DNA of 64,000 bases from an uncultured Candidatus Saccharibacteria bacterium (GCA_964636215.1 CAZWRJ010000003.1:6743-70742); one strand, 5' to 3'. Numbered from the stretch's first letter, positions 46,711-57,031 are shown. Numbers and translations are program-made. The notes: a model not told the origin generated them from the sequence alone.

Positions 46711-48240
46711 CTATTGTTTGGCGGTTTTATCTTTCCAATTTACGTCCGGGTAGATAGTCTTAGTGGTTTCATTTATCTCAGCCCGAAGTTGAGGAAATAT
46801 CACTCCCTCCCTGGCTGAGACGCTTTCCAGAGCCCAAAAGTAGCGCTCGCTATAGCTCCAGCCGGTAGCCGGTGGCATTCCGTATTCCAACATCTCGACA
46901 AAATCAATATCTAGCATTTGAGCTTCGGCATCGCCGGCATCTCGCATGGCTTGCTGCTCTAAAAAGCGTTTTAATTGTTCCTCGGGATCATTGAGCTCTG
47001 AGTAACCATTGCCCATTTCGGTCCCCCCAATAACTGGATGGAAACGTTGAGTCACCCTTGGGTCGTCCGGGTCTTGTTTAGCTAACGGTGAAATTTGCAC
47101 TGGCTCATGGATTAACCAAAATGGTCCGGCGGATTCACGGCGGACAATTTTCCAAACGGCGTCCATGGCGCGGGAAACGTTGACATCCCCGTCTAGTTTA
47201 ACCTTGTGGTCACTAAGAATCGATTTGAGTTGATCAAAATCAGGGTTAAATACGTCGATCTGAAATTTTTCTCGCATAATATCAGCGTACTTAACCACCG
47301 GCCATTTTTGTTCAAGATTGACATCAAATTCGCCAACCTTAAACTGTAATTTGCCCCAGGTAGATTGAGCGACTTCTTTCATCATGCGTTCATAGAGTTC
47401 CATGGCTTGTTCGTAGTCCTGATAGGCGGCGTAGCTTTCAAAAGCAACATGTTCCGGTAAGTGTTCATCAGAGTAATTTTCGTTACGAAAACGCGGGCCT
47501 ATATCAAAAACTCGCTCATATCCACCTCCGAGCAGACGCTTGAGTGGTAATTCATGACTTATTCTAAGATAAAAATCTTCGTCGATGGCATCCATGTGAG
47601 TTACGAATGGGTTGGCATCAGCGCCACCAGTGGTATGTTCTAGAACCGGTATATTAATTTCAATGAAGCCTTCTTTTTCCAAAAACTCCCGGGTAGCCTT
47701 CCAGAACTTGGACCTACGAATAAATCGCTCGAAAACATCCTTATTGACGTTGGTATCCACATAACGGCGACGGAGCCTTTCTTCTTTGTCGGTGAAACCT
47801 TCTTGTTCGGTTGGTAATGGTCTAAGTGATTTGGTGAGAATTCGCAAATTACTGACTTCTACGGAAATCTCATTGGTTTGAGTTTTGATTACTTTTCCAC
47901 TAGCTTCAATGAAATCACCGGGATCAAGCAAGTTGATTTGATCAAAACCTATTTCGCTATTTTTTGGATCGGCTTGGTTAAAGACATCATGTTTTAGAAA
48001 TAACTGTATTTGGCCGCTGGCATCTTTTAGAACAAAGAAAGCAATCTTGCCAAATTTGCGGGTACTGGTAATTCGACCGGTTAAGTGAACCTCTTGTCCC
48101 TGTAGTTGTTCAAAATCATCAGCAACTTGTTTGGTGGTGTGAGTACGAACTGAACGCGCTGGGTAAGGATTTATACCAAGTTTTTTCAGCTCCTCTAGCT
48201 TGCGTAGGCGCTCATCGCGCAACTCTTTTAGTGTGGCCAT
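46711..48240 (-). CDS. lysS: lysine--tRNA ligase (class II)
   Basis: OB anticodon-binding domain and class II motifs. Confidence 0.9.
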   Translation of the reverse strand: MATLKELRDERLRKLEELKKLGINPYPARSVRTHTTKQVADDFEQLQGQEVHLTGRITSTRKFGKIAFFVLKDASGQIQLFLKHDVFNQADPKNSEIGFDQINLLDPGDFIEASGKVIKTQTNEISVEVSNLRILTKSLRPLPTEQEGFTDKEERLRRRYVDTNVNKDVFERFIRRSKFWKATREFLEKEGFIEINIPVLEHTTGGADANPFVTHMDAIDEDFYLRISHELPLKRLLGGGYERVFDIGPRFRNENYSDEHLPEHVAFESYAAYQDYEQAMELYERMMKEVAQSTWGKLQFKVGEFDVNLEQKWPVVKYADIMREKFQIDVFNPDFDQLKSILSDHKVKLDGDVNVSRAMDAVWKIVRRESAGPFWLIHEPVQISPLAKQDPDDPRVTQRFHPVIGGTEMGNGYSELNDPEEQLKRFLEQQAMRDAGDAEAQMLDIDFVEMLEYGMPPATGWSYSERYFWALESVSAREGVIFPQLRAEINETTKTIYPDVNWKDKTAKQ

Positions 48241-48260
48241 TTACTATATCTTAGCAAGAG

Positions 48261-48593
48261 CTAGTAAAGTCTGCTACCAAGCGACACTTTTTTATCTGGT
48301 GTAATAAGTACGCAATCTTCGTTTTGATCTGGTACGCCTAGAGTCAATACTTCGCTTACAAACGGGCCGATTTGACGCGGAGGAAAATTTACCACCGCTA
48401 GCACTAGCTTGTTCTTAAGCGAAATTTTGGTGTAGTTAGTTGTTAATTGGGCGCTGGAGTGCTTGGTGCCGATTTTTGGACCAAAATCAATAGTCAGTTT
48501 ATAAGCTGGTTTATGAGCTTCTGGGAATTCTTCGACATCAACAATCCGGCCGACTCGAATATCTAATTTTTCGAAATCGCTGAAGCGTACCAT
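48261..48593 (-). CDS. tRNA-binding protein (CsaA/Trbp111 EMAP-type OB domain)
   Basis: 110 aa, IRVGRIVDVEE. Confidence 0.75.
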   Translation of the reverse strand: MVRFSDFEKLDIRVGRIVDVEEFPEAHKPAYKLTIDFGPKIGTKHSSAQLTTNYTKISLKNKLVLAVVNFPPRQIGPFVSEVLTLGVPDQNEDCVLITPDKKVSLGSRLY

Positions 48594-48602
48594 TTAGAGT
48601 TT

Positions 48603-49058
48603 TTAAGCGATTTCAACAATTTTATAGGTAGAAGTTTCTGATGGAGTTTTGATTTCGACTTTATCGCCTACGGCTTTGCCAAGCAATGCTCTACCGATTG
48701 GTGATTCATCACTGATTTTTCCGTTTGACGGGTCAGCTTCTACTGTGCCTACTACCTGAAACTTCTTAGTATCATGGTTTTTAAGCGTCACGCTGCTACC
48801 AATTTGTACCTTCTGGCTGCCTCGTGGCTTATTGATCAGTTCTACGTTTTGTAATATGTGTTCAATCTCACTGATTCTAGCCTCCAATTTATCCTGCTCT
48901 TGGCGAGCTGATTGATATTCAGCGTTTTCTGCTAAATCACCAAATTCGCGGGCTGTCTTAATCCGTTCGGCTACAGCCGAACGTTGGGAAATTAATCCAG
49001 TGTGTTCGGATTTAAGTTCATTTACTCCGTCTTTAGTAAGTAAAAAGGCTTTCTTCAT
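48603..49058 (-). CDS. greA: transcription elongation factor GreA
   Basis: A coiled-coil N-terminus plus an FKBP-like C-terminus. Confidence 0.85.
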   Translation of the reverse strand: MKKAFLLTKDGVNELKSEHTGLISQRSAVAERIKTAREFGDLAENAEYQSARQEQDKLEARISEIEHILQNVELINKPRGSQKVQIGSSVTLKNHDTKKFQVVGTVEADPSNGKISDESPIGRALLGKAVGDKVEIKTPSETSTYKIVEIA

Positions 49059-49175
49059 AATATTTAACTTCTAACCCCTTAATATACTTGTTTAATGCTC
49101 CACCGGAATTCAGATGCTGGAGATTATATCAGACTTTACGTCCCTGCCAAGCTTGAAATAACAGATCACTATGTC

Positions 49176-50429
49176 TTAACCGTTAAGCTTGTTAAGTAAT
49201 TCTGTTTCAGACAACAGGACACTTTCGTTGCCGCTGCGAGTTTTATATTCGTATTTGCCACCTTTGAGTGTTTTTTCGCTGATAATAATTCTACTGGGTA
49301 GTCCGATGAGGTCGGCGTTGGCAAATTTTTCACCGGTTCTACTTTCACTGTCATCATAGAGAACTGAGATACCGGCCTTTTCCAGTTTATCGTGGAGTTC
49401 GTCAGCTTGTTTAACAACTTCGCTATCATTTCCCAGCCTAACTAAGTAAACCTGGGCTGGAGCAAGTTCAGCTGGCCAAACAAGGCCCTTATCATCAGCG
49501 AATAGCTCAGCAATGGTACCCATCAACCGGCTAATACCAATTCCATAGCAACCAACAATGATTGATTGTTGCTTACCCTGCTCATCGCTGTAATAAACTC
49601 CTAAGGCGTCGGTATATTTGGACTCAAGTGGAAAAATATTGCCTACTTCTATCCCCCGCTTTTCAACCAGTTCTGGTTTATTCAGCCCTAGTTTAGCTAA
49701 GTTCTCGTCGGTATAAATTTCCTGATTAATAGCGACTTTCTTGCCTTCATGCAGATAAATAGTGTCTTCACCGATAGGGCTAAGGGTTTGGAATTCGTCG
49801 CTAAAGTTGGTAGTGAAGTAGCCACCATCAGCGTAAGTTCGATAGGTGATATCACCAATGCCTAGACGCTGGTAGATTTTGTTGTATACTTTAGCAACCC
49901 TTTCGTAAAGTTCGTGATGTTCAGACTGGCTTCGAGCAAAGGAGTACATATCCTTCATCAAGAATTCTCGGCCGCGAAGTAAGCCACTTTTAGCCCTCAG
50001 CTCATTTCTAAACTTAGCTTGAATTTGATAAATATAGATTGGTAAGTCTTTATAAGAATTAACGAAATCACTTAGGGTGGATACTATCGGTTCCTCGTGG
50101 GTTAAACCCATGCCCAGTTCAGCACCGCTGGCTAATTTAGTTTTAAACCAGTTATCGACTTTGGCATCGTCCCATCTGTCTGTTTTTTCAAATAATTCTT
50201 TAGGTTGTAGGGTGGTCATCTGTACTTCTTGGCCGCCGATGTTATTCATTTCCTCACGGATAATTCGAGTTATGTTATCAATTACCCTCTTACCTAGTGG
50301 TAAGTAAGCATAGACTCCGGCCATTTCCTTATGAATATAGCCAGCTCGAATAAGCAGCTGAGCATTTTTGGCTTTTTCGTCAGCCGGTGCCTGCCTGCGT
50401 GTCTTAGTAAATAACTGAGAAGTCCTCAT
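49176..50429 (-). CDS. proS: proline--tRNA ligase (short form lacking editing insertion)
   Basis: MRTSQLF...LLIRAGYI; 417 aa. Confidence 0.85.
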   Translation of the reverse strand: MRTSQLFTKTRRQAPADEKAKNAQLLIRAGYIHKEMAGVYAYLPLGKRVIDNITRIIREEMNNIGGQEVQMTTLQPKELFEKTDRWDDAKVDNWFKTKLASGAELGMGLTHEEPIVSTLSDFVNSYKDLPIYIYQIQAKFRNELRAKSGLLRGREFLMKDMYSFARSQSEHHELYERVAKVYNKIYQRLGIGDITYRTYADGGYFTTNFSDEFQTLSPIGEDTIYLHEGKKVAINQEIYTDENLAKLGLNKPELVEKRGIEVGNIFPLESKYTDALGVYYSDEQGKQQSIIVGCYGIGISRLMGTIAELFADDKGLVWPAELAPAQVYLVRLGNDSEVVKQADELHDKLEKAGISVLYDDSESRTGEKFANADLIGLPSRIIISEKTLKGGKYEYKTRSGNESVLLSETELLNKLNG

Positions 50430-50440
50430 ATGAATCTAGT

Positions 50441-51223
50441 TTACCTGAAATAGCCAACAACATTGAACAAAACTACGAAAGCTAGAGCATTTTTTAGCAT
50501 ATGAACGCCTATACTCGGCCAAAGACTGCCGGTTTTTTCCCGTAAGTAACAAAGCACCACAGATAATATAAAAGTATCGATGGCACCTACCCAAAGCAGA
50601 CCACCTCTGCCTTCTGGCAAATGAGCACCGGCAAATAATAAGCTGGTTATTAAAGTGGCAGTTATTACTGGCAACTTAGTCCTTAGACCAGTATATAAAA
50701 ATCCGCGCATAACTAGTTCTTCTACTAGAGGTGGCAGTATTACTAAGCTAATAAAAACTAGTGCCAGGTTGAGCCCGTGAGTAGCAGTGTTGAAACCGAT
50801 GTCCTGTTGTTGTTTGACGTTTAGCGAGGGTATGAAATGTGTAGCCAGCGATAAGCCGACAATGTAAAGAATAAAATAGCCGACAAAGCCAGTGGCAGCT
50901 AGGGCTAAGTAATAAAGTCGTGGGTGGTCAACTCCAAGTTGTTTTATGCTAGTACGTCTGCGATTTAGAAACCAAAGTAGAAGCAGGACAGTTATAGCTT
51001 CAAGGATAAAAACAGTAAAAAACTGCACAGCTACACTGGTATCTAGTAGATGGTTAATTTCGGATGGAGTTTTATGAAAAAGTGCTGGGACCAATCCAAA
51101 AGCTAGCCCAACTACTATTTGACTAATAATATATATACCAAGTGTGACAATAATAGCTGAGGTCGGGCCGTAGCCAAGCTTAGGCTCAATTGATTCGCGG
51201 TTTAGGTTATCTTTAGGCTTCAT
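50441..51223 (-). CDS. CPBP family intramembrane metalloprotease
   Basis: EELVMRGFLY and FAGAHL motifs. Confidence 0.7.
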   Translation of the reverse strand: MKPKDNLNRESIEPKLGYGPTSAIIVTLGIYIISQIVVGLAFGLVPALFHKTPSEINHLLDTSVAVQFFTVFILEAITVLLLLWFLNRRRTSIKQLGVDHPRLYYLALAATGFVGYFILYIVGLSLATHFIPSLNVKQQQDIGFNTATHGLNLALVFISLVILPPLVEELVMRGFLYTGLRTKLPVITATLITSLLFAGAHLPEGRGGLLWVGAIDTFILSVVLCYLREKTGSLWPSIGVHMLKNALAFVVLFNVVGYFR

Positions 51224-51225
51224 GG

Positions 51226-52392
51226 CTAAAAAATACGCTTAATATCAGCAATAGTGACTAATATGAACAACATAACAATTAAAACTACACTGCCGCCAAC
51301 AATTTTTTCTTCAGCTTGTTTAGTTAGTGGACGACCAAGTAATTTACGACTGAAAAGCATCATGTATAGTCGACCACCGTCTAGTGCCGGAATCGGTAAA
51401 ACATTCATGATAGCGAGGGCTAGTGATATTAGAGCAATAATAAATAGTACGAAGATAAAGCCCTCATGAGCGCCATTTTTAAGGATATAGATAATGCCGA
51501 TCGGACCACTGACTTGTTCGCCAGCTTGCGCTTGCCCTGCTTGGCGTTCGATTGTGTTATGCGTTAGCGTCCCGGCTACAATGTAACCTAGACCACTAAG
51601 CGCCCGTCCTAGACCCACAAACGTTAACTTGGTGATTTGAGTACTAAGACCAACCGCTACGATCGGGGCAGACCAGGTCGAACGAGTCACTTTATAGCCT
51701 TCCTCAGCAGAATAAGCCTGAACCCCTAAATGAGGCACTTCACTGCTCAAGCGAACTGTTTTTTTAATTTCATTACCTTCGTGGACATAAACTACCGATA
51801 CTATGTCACCAGCTGATGCCTGGGTTAAGTCAGATAAATTATTAGGCGACGTTATTATTTGGTTGTTAATGGACATGATTTGATCACCAGATACTATACC
51901 TATTTGGCTAGCTGGACTACCGTCAACTACTTGATCAATTTTGACGACCCCTTTGTTTGAGACATCTTTGACAACTTTAGTGTCACTGGCTACAGTAAAT
52001 TGAGTTTCACCTGTAGTCTGCTTGGTAATAAGATTGGGCATTCCAATGGCTGCAATGGCTGTAAAAAGACCGATTGCCACTACTAGGTTCATGAAAACTC
52101 CGGCCATCATGATTTTAGCTTTGCTTTTAACTGAGGCAGCTCCGAAACTACCAGGCGTTTTATCGGCGTCGTGCTCTCCTTTCATTTTCACAAAACCACC
52201 CAGTGGTAAGGCATTTATAGTGAAGTCGTAGCCTTTTTTCATCCGTCTGGACCACAGCTTTGGCGGGAAGAATATACCGAATTCCTCCACTTTTACGCCG
52301 TTCAACCTAGCTGCTAGGAAGTGGCCATATTCGTGAATAACTACTAGGCCAATTAGAAGCACCGGCCCCAATATCATAAGCACGATTAACAT
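51226..52392 (-). CDS. rseP: RIP metalloprotease RseP (M50, PDZ)
   Basis: HEYGHFLAAR, a PDZ domain and a C-terminal TM segment. Confidence 0.85.
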   Translation of the reverse strand: MLIVLMILGPVLLIGLVVIHEYGHFLAARLNGVKVEEFGIFFPPKLWSRRMKKGYDFTINALPLGGFVKMKGEHDADKTPGSFGAASVKSKAKIMMAGVFMNLVVAIGLFTAIAAIGMPNLITKQTTGETQFTVASDTKVVKDVSNKGVVKIDQVVDGSPASQIGIVSGDQIMSINNQIITSPNNLSDLTQASAGDIVSVVYVHEGNEIKKTVRLSSEVPHLGVQAYSAEEGYKVTRSTWSAPIVAVGLSTQITKLTFVGLGRALSGLGYIVAGTLTHNTIERQAGQAQAGEQVSGPIGIIYILKNGAHEGFIFVLFIIALISLALAIMNVLPIPALDGGRLYMMLFSRKLLGRPLTKQAEEKIVGGSVVLIVMLFILVTIADIKRIF

Positions 52393-52412
52393 CGAGTCAA
52401 TTATACGCTATT

Positions 52413-53096
52413 TCAGTGCCCGAAACGCCGTTGACGACGAGAATAGTCATCTAGGGTTTGGTCAATGTCTTTAGTGGTAACCTCTGGCCAATATTTATCA
52501 ACGAAGGCTAGCTCAGCGTAAGCGGCGCGCCACAGCATAAAACCACTAGTTCTTAGCTCGCCGGAAGTTCGAACGAGTAGGTCAACCGCGGGCACTTCCG
52601 GATGGTAAAGATGTTTACTTAAGTCTTCTGTTGTTAGATCGTCCGGATTAATTTTTTCCTTTAATATTTGTTTTACAGCGTCAACAATCTCTAGGTGTCC
52701 TCCGTAATTCAAGCAAATAGCTAAAGTGCCGCCGGTGTTATTCTTGGTCTTGGTCTCAGCAGCTTCGATAGCACGAATCACTTTTTTTTCTAACTTTTCC
52801 CGGTTGCCTAGTACTAGTACACGTATATTATCGTGGTGAAATTCATTAAGGTATTCCTTGAAAGCTCTAACAACTAAACTCATAATAAAACCAATCTCAT
52901 CTTTTGCACGTGACCAATTTTCAGTAGAAAAAGCAAAGGCGCTTACAAAAGGCACATTCTTTTCTTTTAAGACGTATTTACTTAGTTCTCGTAATCTTTT
53001 ATAGCCTTCGAGGTGCCCATCAGATGGTTTCAGTCCTTTAGACTTGGCCCAACGGCGATTGCCATCCATGATAATGCCGATGTGGTTTGGTAACAA
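52413..53096 (-). CDS. uppS: isoprenyl transferase (undecaprenyl diphosphate synthase)
   Basis: IGIIMDGNRRWA; the apparent start is a TTG. Confidence 0.9.
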   Translation of the reverse strand: MLPNHIGIIMDGNRRWAKSKGLKPSDGHLEGYKRLRELSKYVLKEKNVPFVSAFAFSTENWSRAKDEIGFIMSLVVRAFKEYLNEFHHDNIRVLVLGNREKLEKKVIRAIEAAETKTKNNTGGTLAICLNYGGHLEIVDAVKQILKEKINPDDLTTEDLSKHLYHPEVPAVDLLVRTSGELRTSGFMLWRAAYAELAFVDKYWPEVTTKDIDQTLDDYSRRQRRFGH

Positions 53097-53097
53097 T

Positions 53098-54168
53098 TTA
53101 GGCTCTTCTTTTCACTGCAAAATTAATAATATCGCTTATGAACTGTTTACCATCTCTGGAAAGATGACTTAATTCTACCGCTCTCAAGGCCCGATCACAA
53201 TAGGATTTGGCTTCATACTGCGCCTGCTTAAGAGCGCCGCTATCCTCTATTAGGGTTTTGACGTTGTCGTGCTCTTGTTGTGTTAGTTTGGTATTTCCTA
53301 GGGCATTTTTAATAACAGCTTGTTCAGCTGGTGACGTTTTTTGTAGAGCATGGTACATAAGTAAAGTTCTTTTGCCCTCTTTTAAGTCATCCATATTTGA
53401 TTTACCGGTCTCACTTTTCTGACCAAAGAGACCAAGTATGTCATCATGGATCTGAAAGGCCACACCAGCTGGTAAACCAATATTGAACAATTCTTGTATT
53501 CGTTTTTGATTATCTAGGCCGGTCATCAATGAACCAGTTTCAAAGGGGTTAATGAAGGTATAGTAACTATTCTTGAGTTCATAAAGTCTAAGTATTTGGC
53601 TTTTTGATGGCTGATTCTGACTTTCATAAATATCGTCGAGTTGGCCATATGCAGTGGCAGCAATATTCTTATGAAAAGCTGTTGAGGCAGCAATAATATT
53701 AGCTGGTTTCTCGCTCACTTTACATAACAGTTCCGAAGCCATATGTTGAGCTAGTAATGCGGTGGTTACTGCCATCATATTAGCTAGGTGTGTCGATCCA
53801 TTTGATAGTTCTTCAAAAAGCACATGGACTGCTGGCTGGCCACGCCTAGTATCGGAAGCATCAGTAACATCATCAATAATTAATAGGTAATTTTGAATAA
53901 GTTCCATAGCCAGGGCCAGATTGATGGCTGATGGGTTTTCCCTACCACCGAATTCTTCATAAACAAAAAGTGCCAAAGCACCACGAACCCGTTTGCCTGG
54001 CCTTTCACTGAATTCTTTGAGTCTCGCAAAGGCTTGTTTCTCCATGCCGCGAAGTCCAAGACCAAACGTCGCTTCGTCTGAAGCAAAATATTCAGATAGA
54101 GCTTTATTGATCCGTTCTTGGTAACTGGTCAGAAGTTTAGGTAGTGCTGATGGTTGGGACTTAGACAT
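53098..54168 (-). CDS. polyprenyl diphosphate synthase
   Basis: LIIDDVTDASDTRRG (DDxxD). Confidence 0.8.
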   Translation of the reverse strand: MSKSQPSALPKLLTSYQERINKALSEYFASDEATFGLGLRGMEKQAFARLKEFSERPGKRVRGALALFVYEEFGGRENPSAINLALAMELIQNYLLIIDDVTDASDTRRGQPAVHVLFEELSNGSTHLANMMAVTTALLAQHMASELLCKVSEKPANIIAASTAFHKNIAATAYGQLDDIYESQNQPSKSQILRLYELKNSYYTFINPFETGSLMTGLDNQKRIQELFNIGLPAGVAFQIHDDILGLFGQKSETGKSNMDDLKEGKRTLLMYHALQKTSPAEQAVIKNALGNTKLTQQEHDNVKTLIEDSGALKQAQYEAKSYCDRALRAVELSHLSRDGKQFISDIINFAVKRRA

Positions 54169-54177
54169 GAAATAATT

Positions 54178-54741
54178 TCAAAGGTTGGTGATTTCTTGTT
54201 CCTTAGTCTTTGCCGCAGCTTCTATATTATTTTTGGTATCATTCATAGCTTCATCGATTTGTTTTTCGAGCCTTTTAGCTTCATCCTCACCTACAGACTT
54301 AGCTTTTTTGGCTTTGTCTATCGAATCGAGGGCTTCATGGCGAATACTCCTAAGGCTAATCATTGATTCTTCAACTTTAGAACCCAGCACTTTGACGTAT
54401 TCGCGGCGACGCTCTTCAGTGAGTGGCGGTATTGGCACTCGCACTAAGCGTCCATCATCAATAGGGTTTAGTCCGAGAGTTGGGTTATCGCGAATAGCGT
54501 TGGCTATAGCTTGTAGATTCCCAGGATCAAAAGGTGTAATTTGTAGCAGCTGTGCTTCGGGAGCGGTGACATTAGCAACCTGGTTAAGTGGCATTGGTGT
54601 TCCGTAAGCTTCGACTGTGATTCCATCTAGCATACCAGCATGGGCTCGTCCGGTGCGGACCTTTTTAAGTTCGTTTTCAAAGTGGCTTGCAGCCTGTTGA
54701 AATTTGGTTTTGGCTTGGTCAACGGCTTGATTAGGATTCAT
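54178..54741 (-). CDS. frr: ribosome recycling factor
   Basis: 187 aa, matches the RRF family. Confidence 0.9.
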   Translation of the reverse strand: MNPNQAVDQAKTKFQQAASHFENELKKVRTGRAHAGMLDGITVEAYGTPMPLNQVANVTAPEAQLLQITPFDPGNLQAIANAIRDNPTLGLNPIDDGRLVRVPIPPLTEERRREYVKVLGSKVEESMISLRSIRHEALDSIDKAKKAKSVGEDEAKRLEKQIDEAMNDTKNNIEAAAKTKEQEITNL

Positions 54742-54757
54742 TGAATACAGTATACCC

Positions 54758-55147
54758 CTAAGCTACTTCAGAATTATCAACTAAGCTATGGTGGTTGATT
54801 TCCACTGGTACTTCAGAACATGTATAGGCACGATTTTCGCTTGGGTAGTACTTGCCGTCACGTGTTTCACCTGGGTTTTGGATACGGTCTCGCGCCCTAC
54901 AGAGTGCAGCAAGCAGTTCTTCGTTGCTTAAAACAGTGTCGTCTGGATTTCCTAACCTCTCACGAATCCATTCTAGTGACCTCTGTTTAGACACCAACGA
55001 CGGTTGCTTTACAGGTCGCAAGTCCATAATTGTTGTTGCCCAGTTTAGTGCCTTAAATCGGCTTTCGGGTGTTTCTAGAGCTTCCATTGGACATCTTGGA
55101 GGTCCAAATGGATCACATATTGAGGTAGGTCGTAAGTTGAGGGCCAT
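54758..55147 (-). CDS. hypothetical protein, occupying the position where pyrH is usually found
   Basis: A 129-aa ORF between tsf and frr; a long low-complexity antisense ORF overlaps it. Confidence 0.4.
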   Translation of the reverse strand: MALNLRPTSICDPFGPPRCPMEALETPESRFKALNWATTIMDLRPVKQPSLVSKQRSLEWIRERLGNPDDTVLSNEELLAALCRARDRIQNPGETRDGKYYPSENRAYTCSEVPVEINHHSLVDNSEVA

Positions 55148-55156
55148 GTCTTTTAC

Positions 55157-55753
55157 CTATTCCATTTCGCCAAGTGCCAAACGGTTAAAACGGCGGACCA
55201 CAATGTTTTCACCAAGTTTAGCAATATGTTCTTTAACTAGATCTCCGACTGTTTGGTCGGGGTTTTTGACAAATGGTTGGTCCATAAGACAGCGCTCGGC
55301 AAAATGTTTCTTAACCATGCCGTCAACAATCTTGGCCACCATATCACCTTGCTTGCCTTCTGATTTAACTTTCTCAGTAAATTCAGCAGTGGTCTTGTTT
55401 TTTACTTCAGCAGGAACGCTGTCAATTGATACAAATTCTGGTGCGCTGGCGGCAATTTGCATAGCCAAATCTTTTACTAGATTGGTGAAGAGCTCGTTAC
55501 GAGCTACAAAATCGGTTTCACAGTTCACTTCTACCAGAACACCAATTCGGCCGTCGTGATTATAGGTACCGACCACTCCTGCCCTAGCTTCTCGTTCCCC
55601 GCGTTTTTCGGCTTTAGTTAAACCTTTTTTGCGCATAGCTTCCAGCGCCTTATCAAAATCTCCATCAGCTTCTTCTAATGCGGCTTTGGCGTCAGTTAGA
55701 CCTACACCGGTTAGATTTTTGAGCCTCTTTACATCCTCAATATTGACGGCCAT
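55157..55753 (-). CDS. tsf: elongation factor Ts (short form)
   Basis: N-terminal UBA-like LTGVGLTDAKAALEEADGD. Confidence 0.9.
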   Translation of the reverse strand: MAVNIEDVKRLKNLTGVGLTDAKAALEEADGDFDKALEAMRKKGLTKAEKRGEREARAGVVGTYNHDGRIGVLVEVNCETDFVARNELFTNLVKDLAMQIAASAPEFVSIDSVPAEVKNKTTAEFTEKVKSEGKQGDMVAKIVDGMVKKHFAERCLMDQPFVKNPDQTVGDLVKEHIAKLGENIVVRRFNRLALGEME

Positions 55754-56508
55754 TATTTTGCCTCCTGTTTGACTTCGTCCTTGTCGGGTTTCGGCGAGCT
55801 TTTCTCGACTCGTTTGGCTTTAATAGCCTGTCCCTCTTCAACTGCTGAACGGACATAGTCAGTAATTAGTTGAATAGTTTTGATAGCGTCATCGTTAGCT
55901 GGAATTGGATAGTCAATCAATGTTGGATCGGCATTGGTATCAACGATAGCCACTACTGGAACACGTAGTTTACGAGCTTCTCTGACGGCATTTATGTCGT
56001 TAATTACGTCGGTCACAAAGACTACGCCCGGGCGGGCAGCCATTTCTTTGATGCCACCGTATATGACGTTCATAGCGTCAATTTCTTCCTGATAACGCTG
56101 AACTTCAAGCTTGCTGTATTTAGCTGCCAATTGGCCATTTTCCATCTTGGCTTCTTGGTCTTTTAGATATTTAACACGGCCGCCAATAGTATTACGGTTG
56201 GTTAGCATACCACCAAGCCATCTTTCAGTAACGTAAGGTTGTTTGGTAGCCACGGCGGCGGCCTTTACGATATCTTGGGCTTGTCGCTTGGTACCAACAA
56301 ATAAGATTTGTTTATCTTCACTAACGGTAGTTTTAATAAACTCCAGGGCTATGTTAAGTTGTTCGGCAGTTTTTACCAGATCAATGATGTGCGTTCCGCC
56401 TCGCTTGGAGTGGATATACTCTGCCATCTTAGGGTGCCAACGGCTGGTTTTGTGTCCAAAGTGAGCCCCGGCTTCAAGTAACTGTTTAACATCTACCTCT
56501 GTGGTCAT
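55753..56508 (-). CDS. rpsB: 30S ribosomal protein S2
   Basis: S2 family; a TAATG junction links it to tsf. Confidence 0.95.
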   Translation of the reverse strand: MTTEVDVKQLLEAGAHFGHKTSRWHPKMAEYIHSKRGGTHIIDLVKTAEQLNIALEFIKTTVSEDKQILFVGTKRQAQDIVKAAAVATKQPYVTERWLGGMLTNRNTIGGRVKYLKDQEAKMENGQLAAKYSKLEVQRYQEEIDAMNVIYGGIKEMAARPGVVFVTDVINDINAVREARKLRVPVVAIVDTNADPTLIDYPIPANDDAIKTIQLITDYVRSAVEEGQAIKAKRVEKSSPKPDKDEVKQEAK

Positions 56509-56627
56509 GCTTCCCTTTCTTTATGATTCTTGCTCTTCGTTTGGAAGCTCCGGCTGCCCTTCATGGGTGAAGTCAGAGAGAATCAATTCCCAAACTGCTT
56601 ATTAAATGACAGGTGGATTATAACAGA

Positions 56628-56656
56628 TTGACACATCTGTAGCAAATGCGTATAAT
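56628..56656 (+). promoter_or_regulatory. consensus sigma70 promoter (TTGACA, 17-nt spacer, TATAAT)
   Basis: Perfect hexamers; the -10 box overlaps the track start of rpmE. Confidence 0.6.
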
Positions 56657-57017
56657 GCCCCGAGTTGTGAAAAAGACCCTGCACCCAGACAATTACCGAC
56701 CAGTTGTGTTTCAAGATCTCAATAATGACACGACTTTTTTGACGCGTTCAACTGCTCAAACTGATGAAACTATTACGCTAGATGGTGTTGAGTATCCTCT
56801 AGTTCGTATCCACATCTCCAGCGCTTCTCACCCCTTTTTCACTGGTCAAGAAAAATTAGTTGATGTCGAAGGACGAGTCGATAAATTTAAAGCTCGCCAG
56901 GAAGCCGCACAGGCCAAAGCTGAAGCTATGAAAAAAGCAGCTGGTAAGGTCCGTGCCAAAACCCCAAAGATTGATGAATCTCAAAAAATGGGTTCACTCA
57001 AGCCCGGCAAGAAATAA
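56655..57017 (+). CDS. rpmE: 50S ribosomal protein L31 type B with long basic C-terminal extension
   Basis: KKTLHPDNYRPVVFQD...SHPFFTG with no CxxC motif. The start is uncertain (ATG 56655 or GTG 56667), and there is no SD sequence. Confidence 0.8.
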   Translation: MPRVVKKTLHPDNYRPVVFQDLNNDTTFLTRSTAQTDETITLDGVEYPLVRIHISSASHPFFTGQEKLVDVEGRVDKFKARQEAAQAKAEAMKKAAGKVRAKTPKIDESQKMGSLKPGKK

Positions 57018-57031
57018 CTAGCCAAACCGTA

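Noticed and set aside
54852-55559. 235-aa plus-strand ORF
   Set aside because: It is a Ser-rich low-complexity frame antisense to tsf. The track ORFs 24339-24791, 63429-63839, 10936-11340, 11361-11651 and 30138-30500 were dropped for the same reason.
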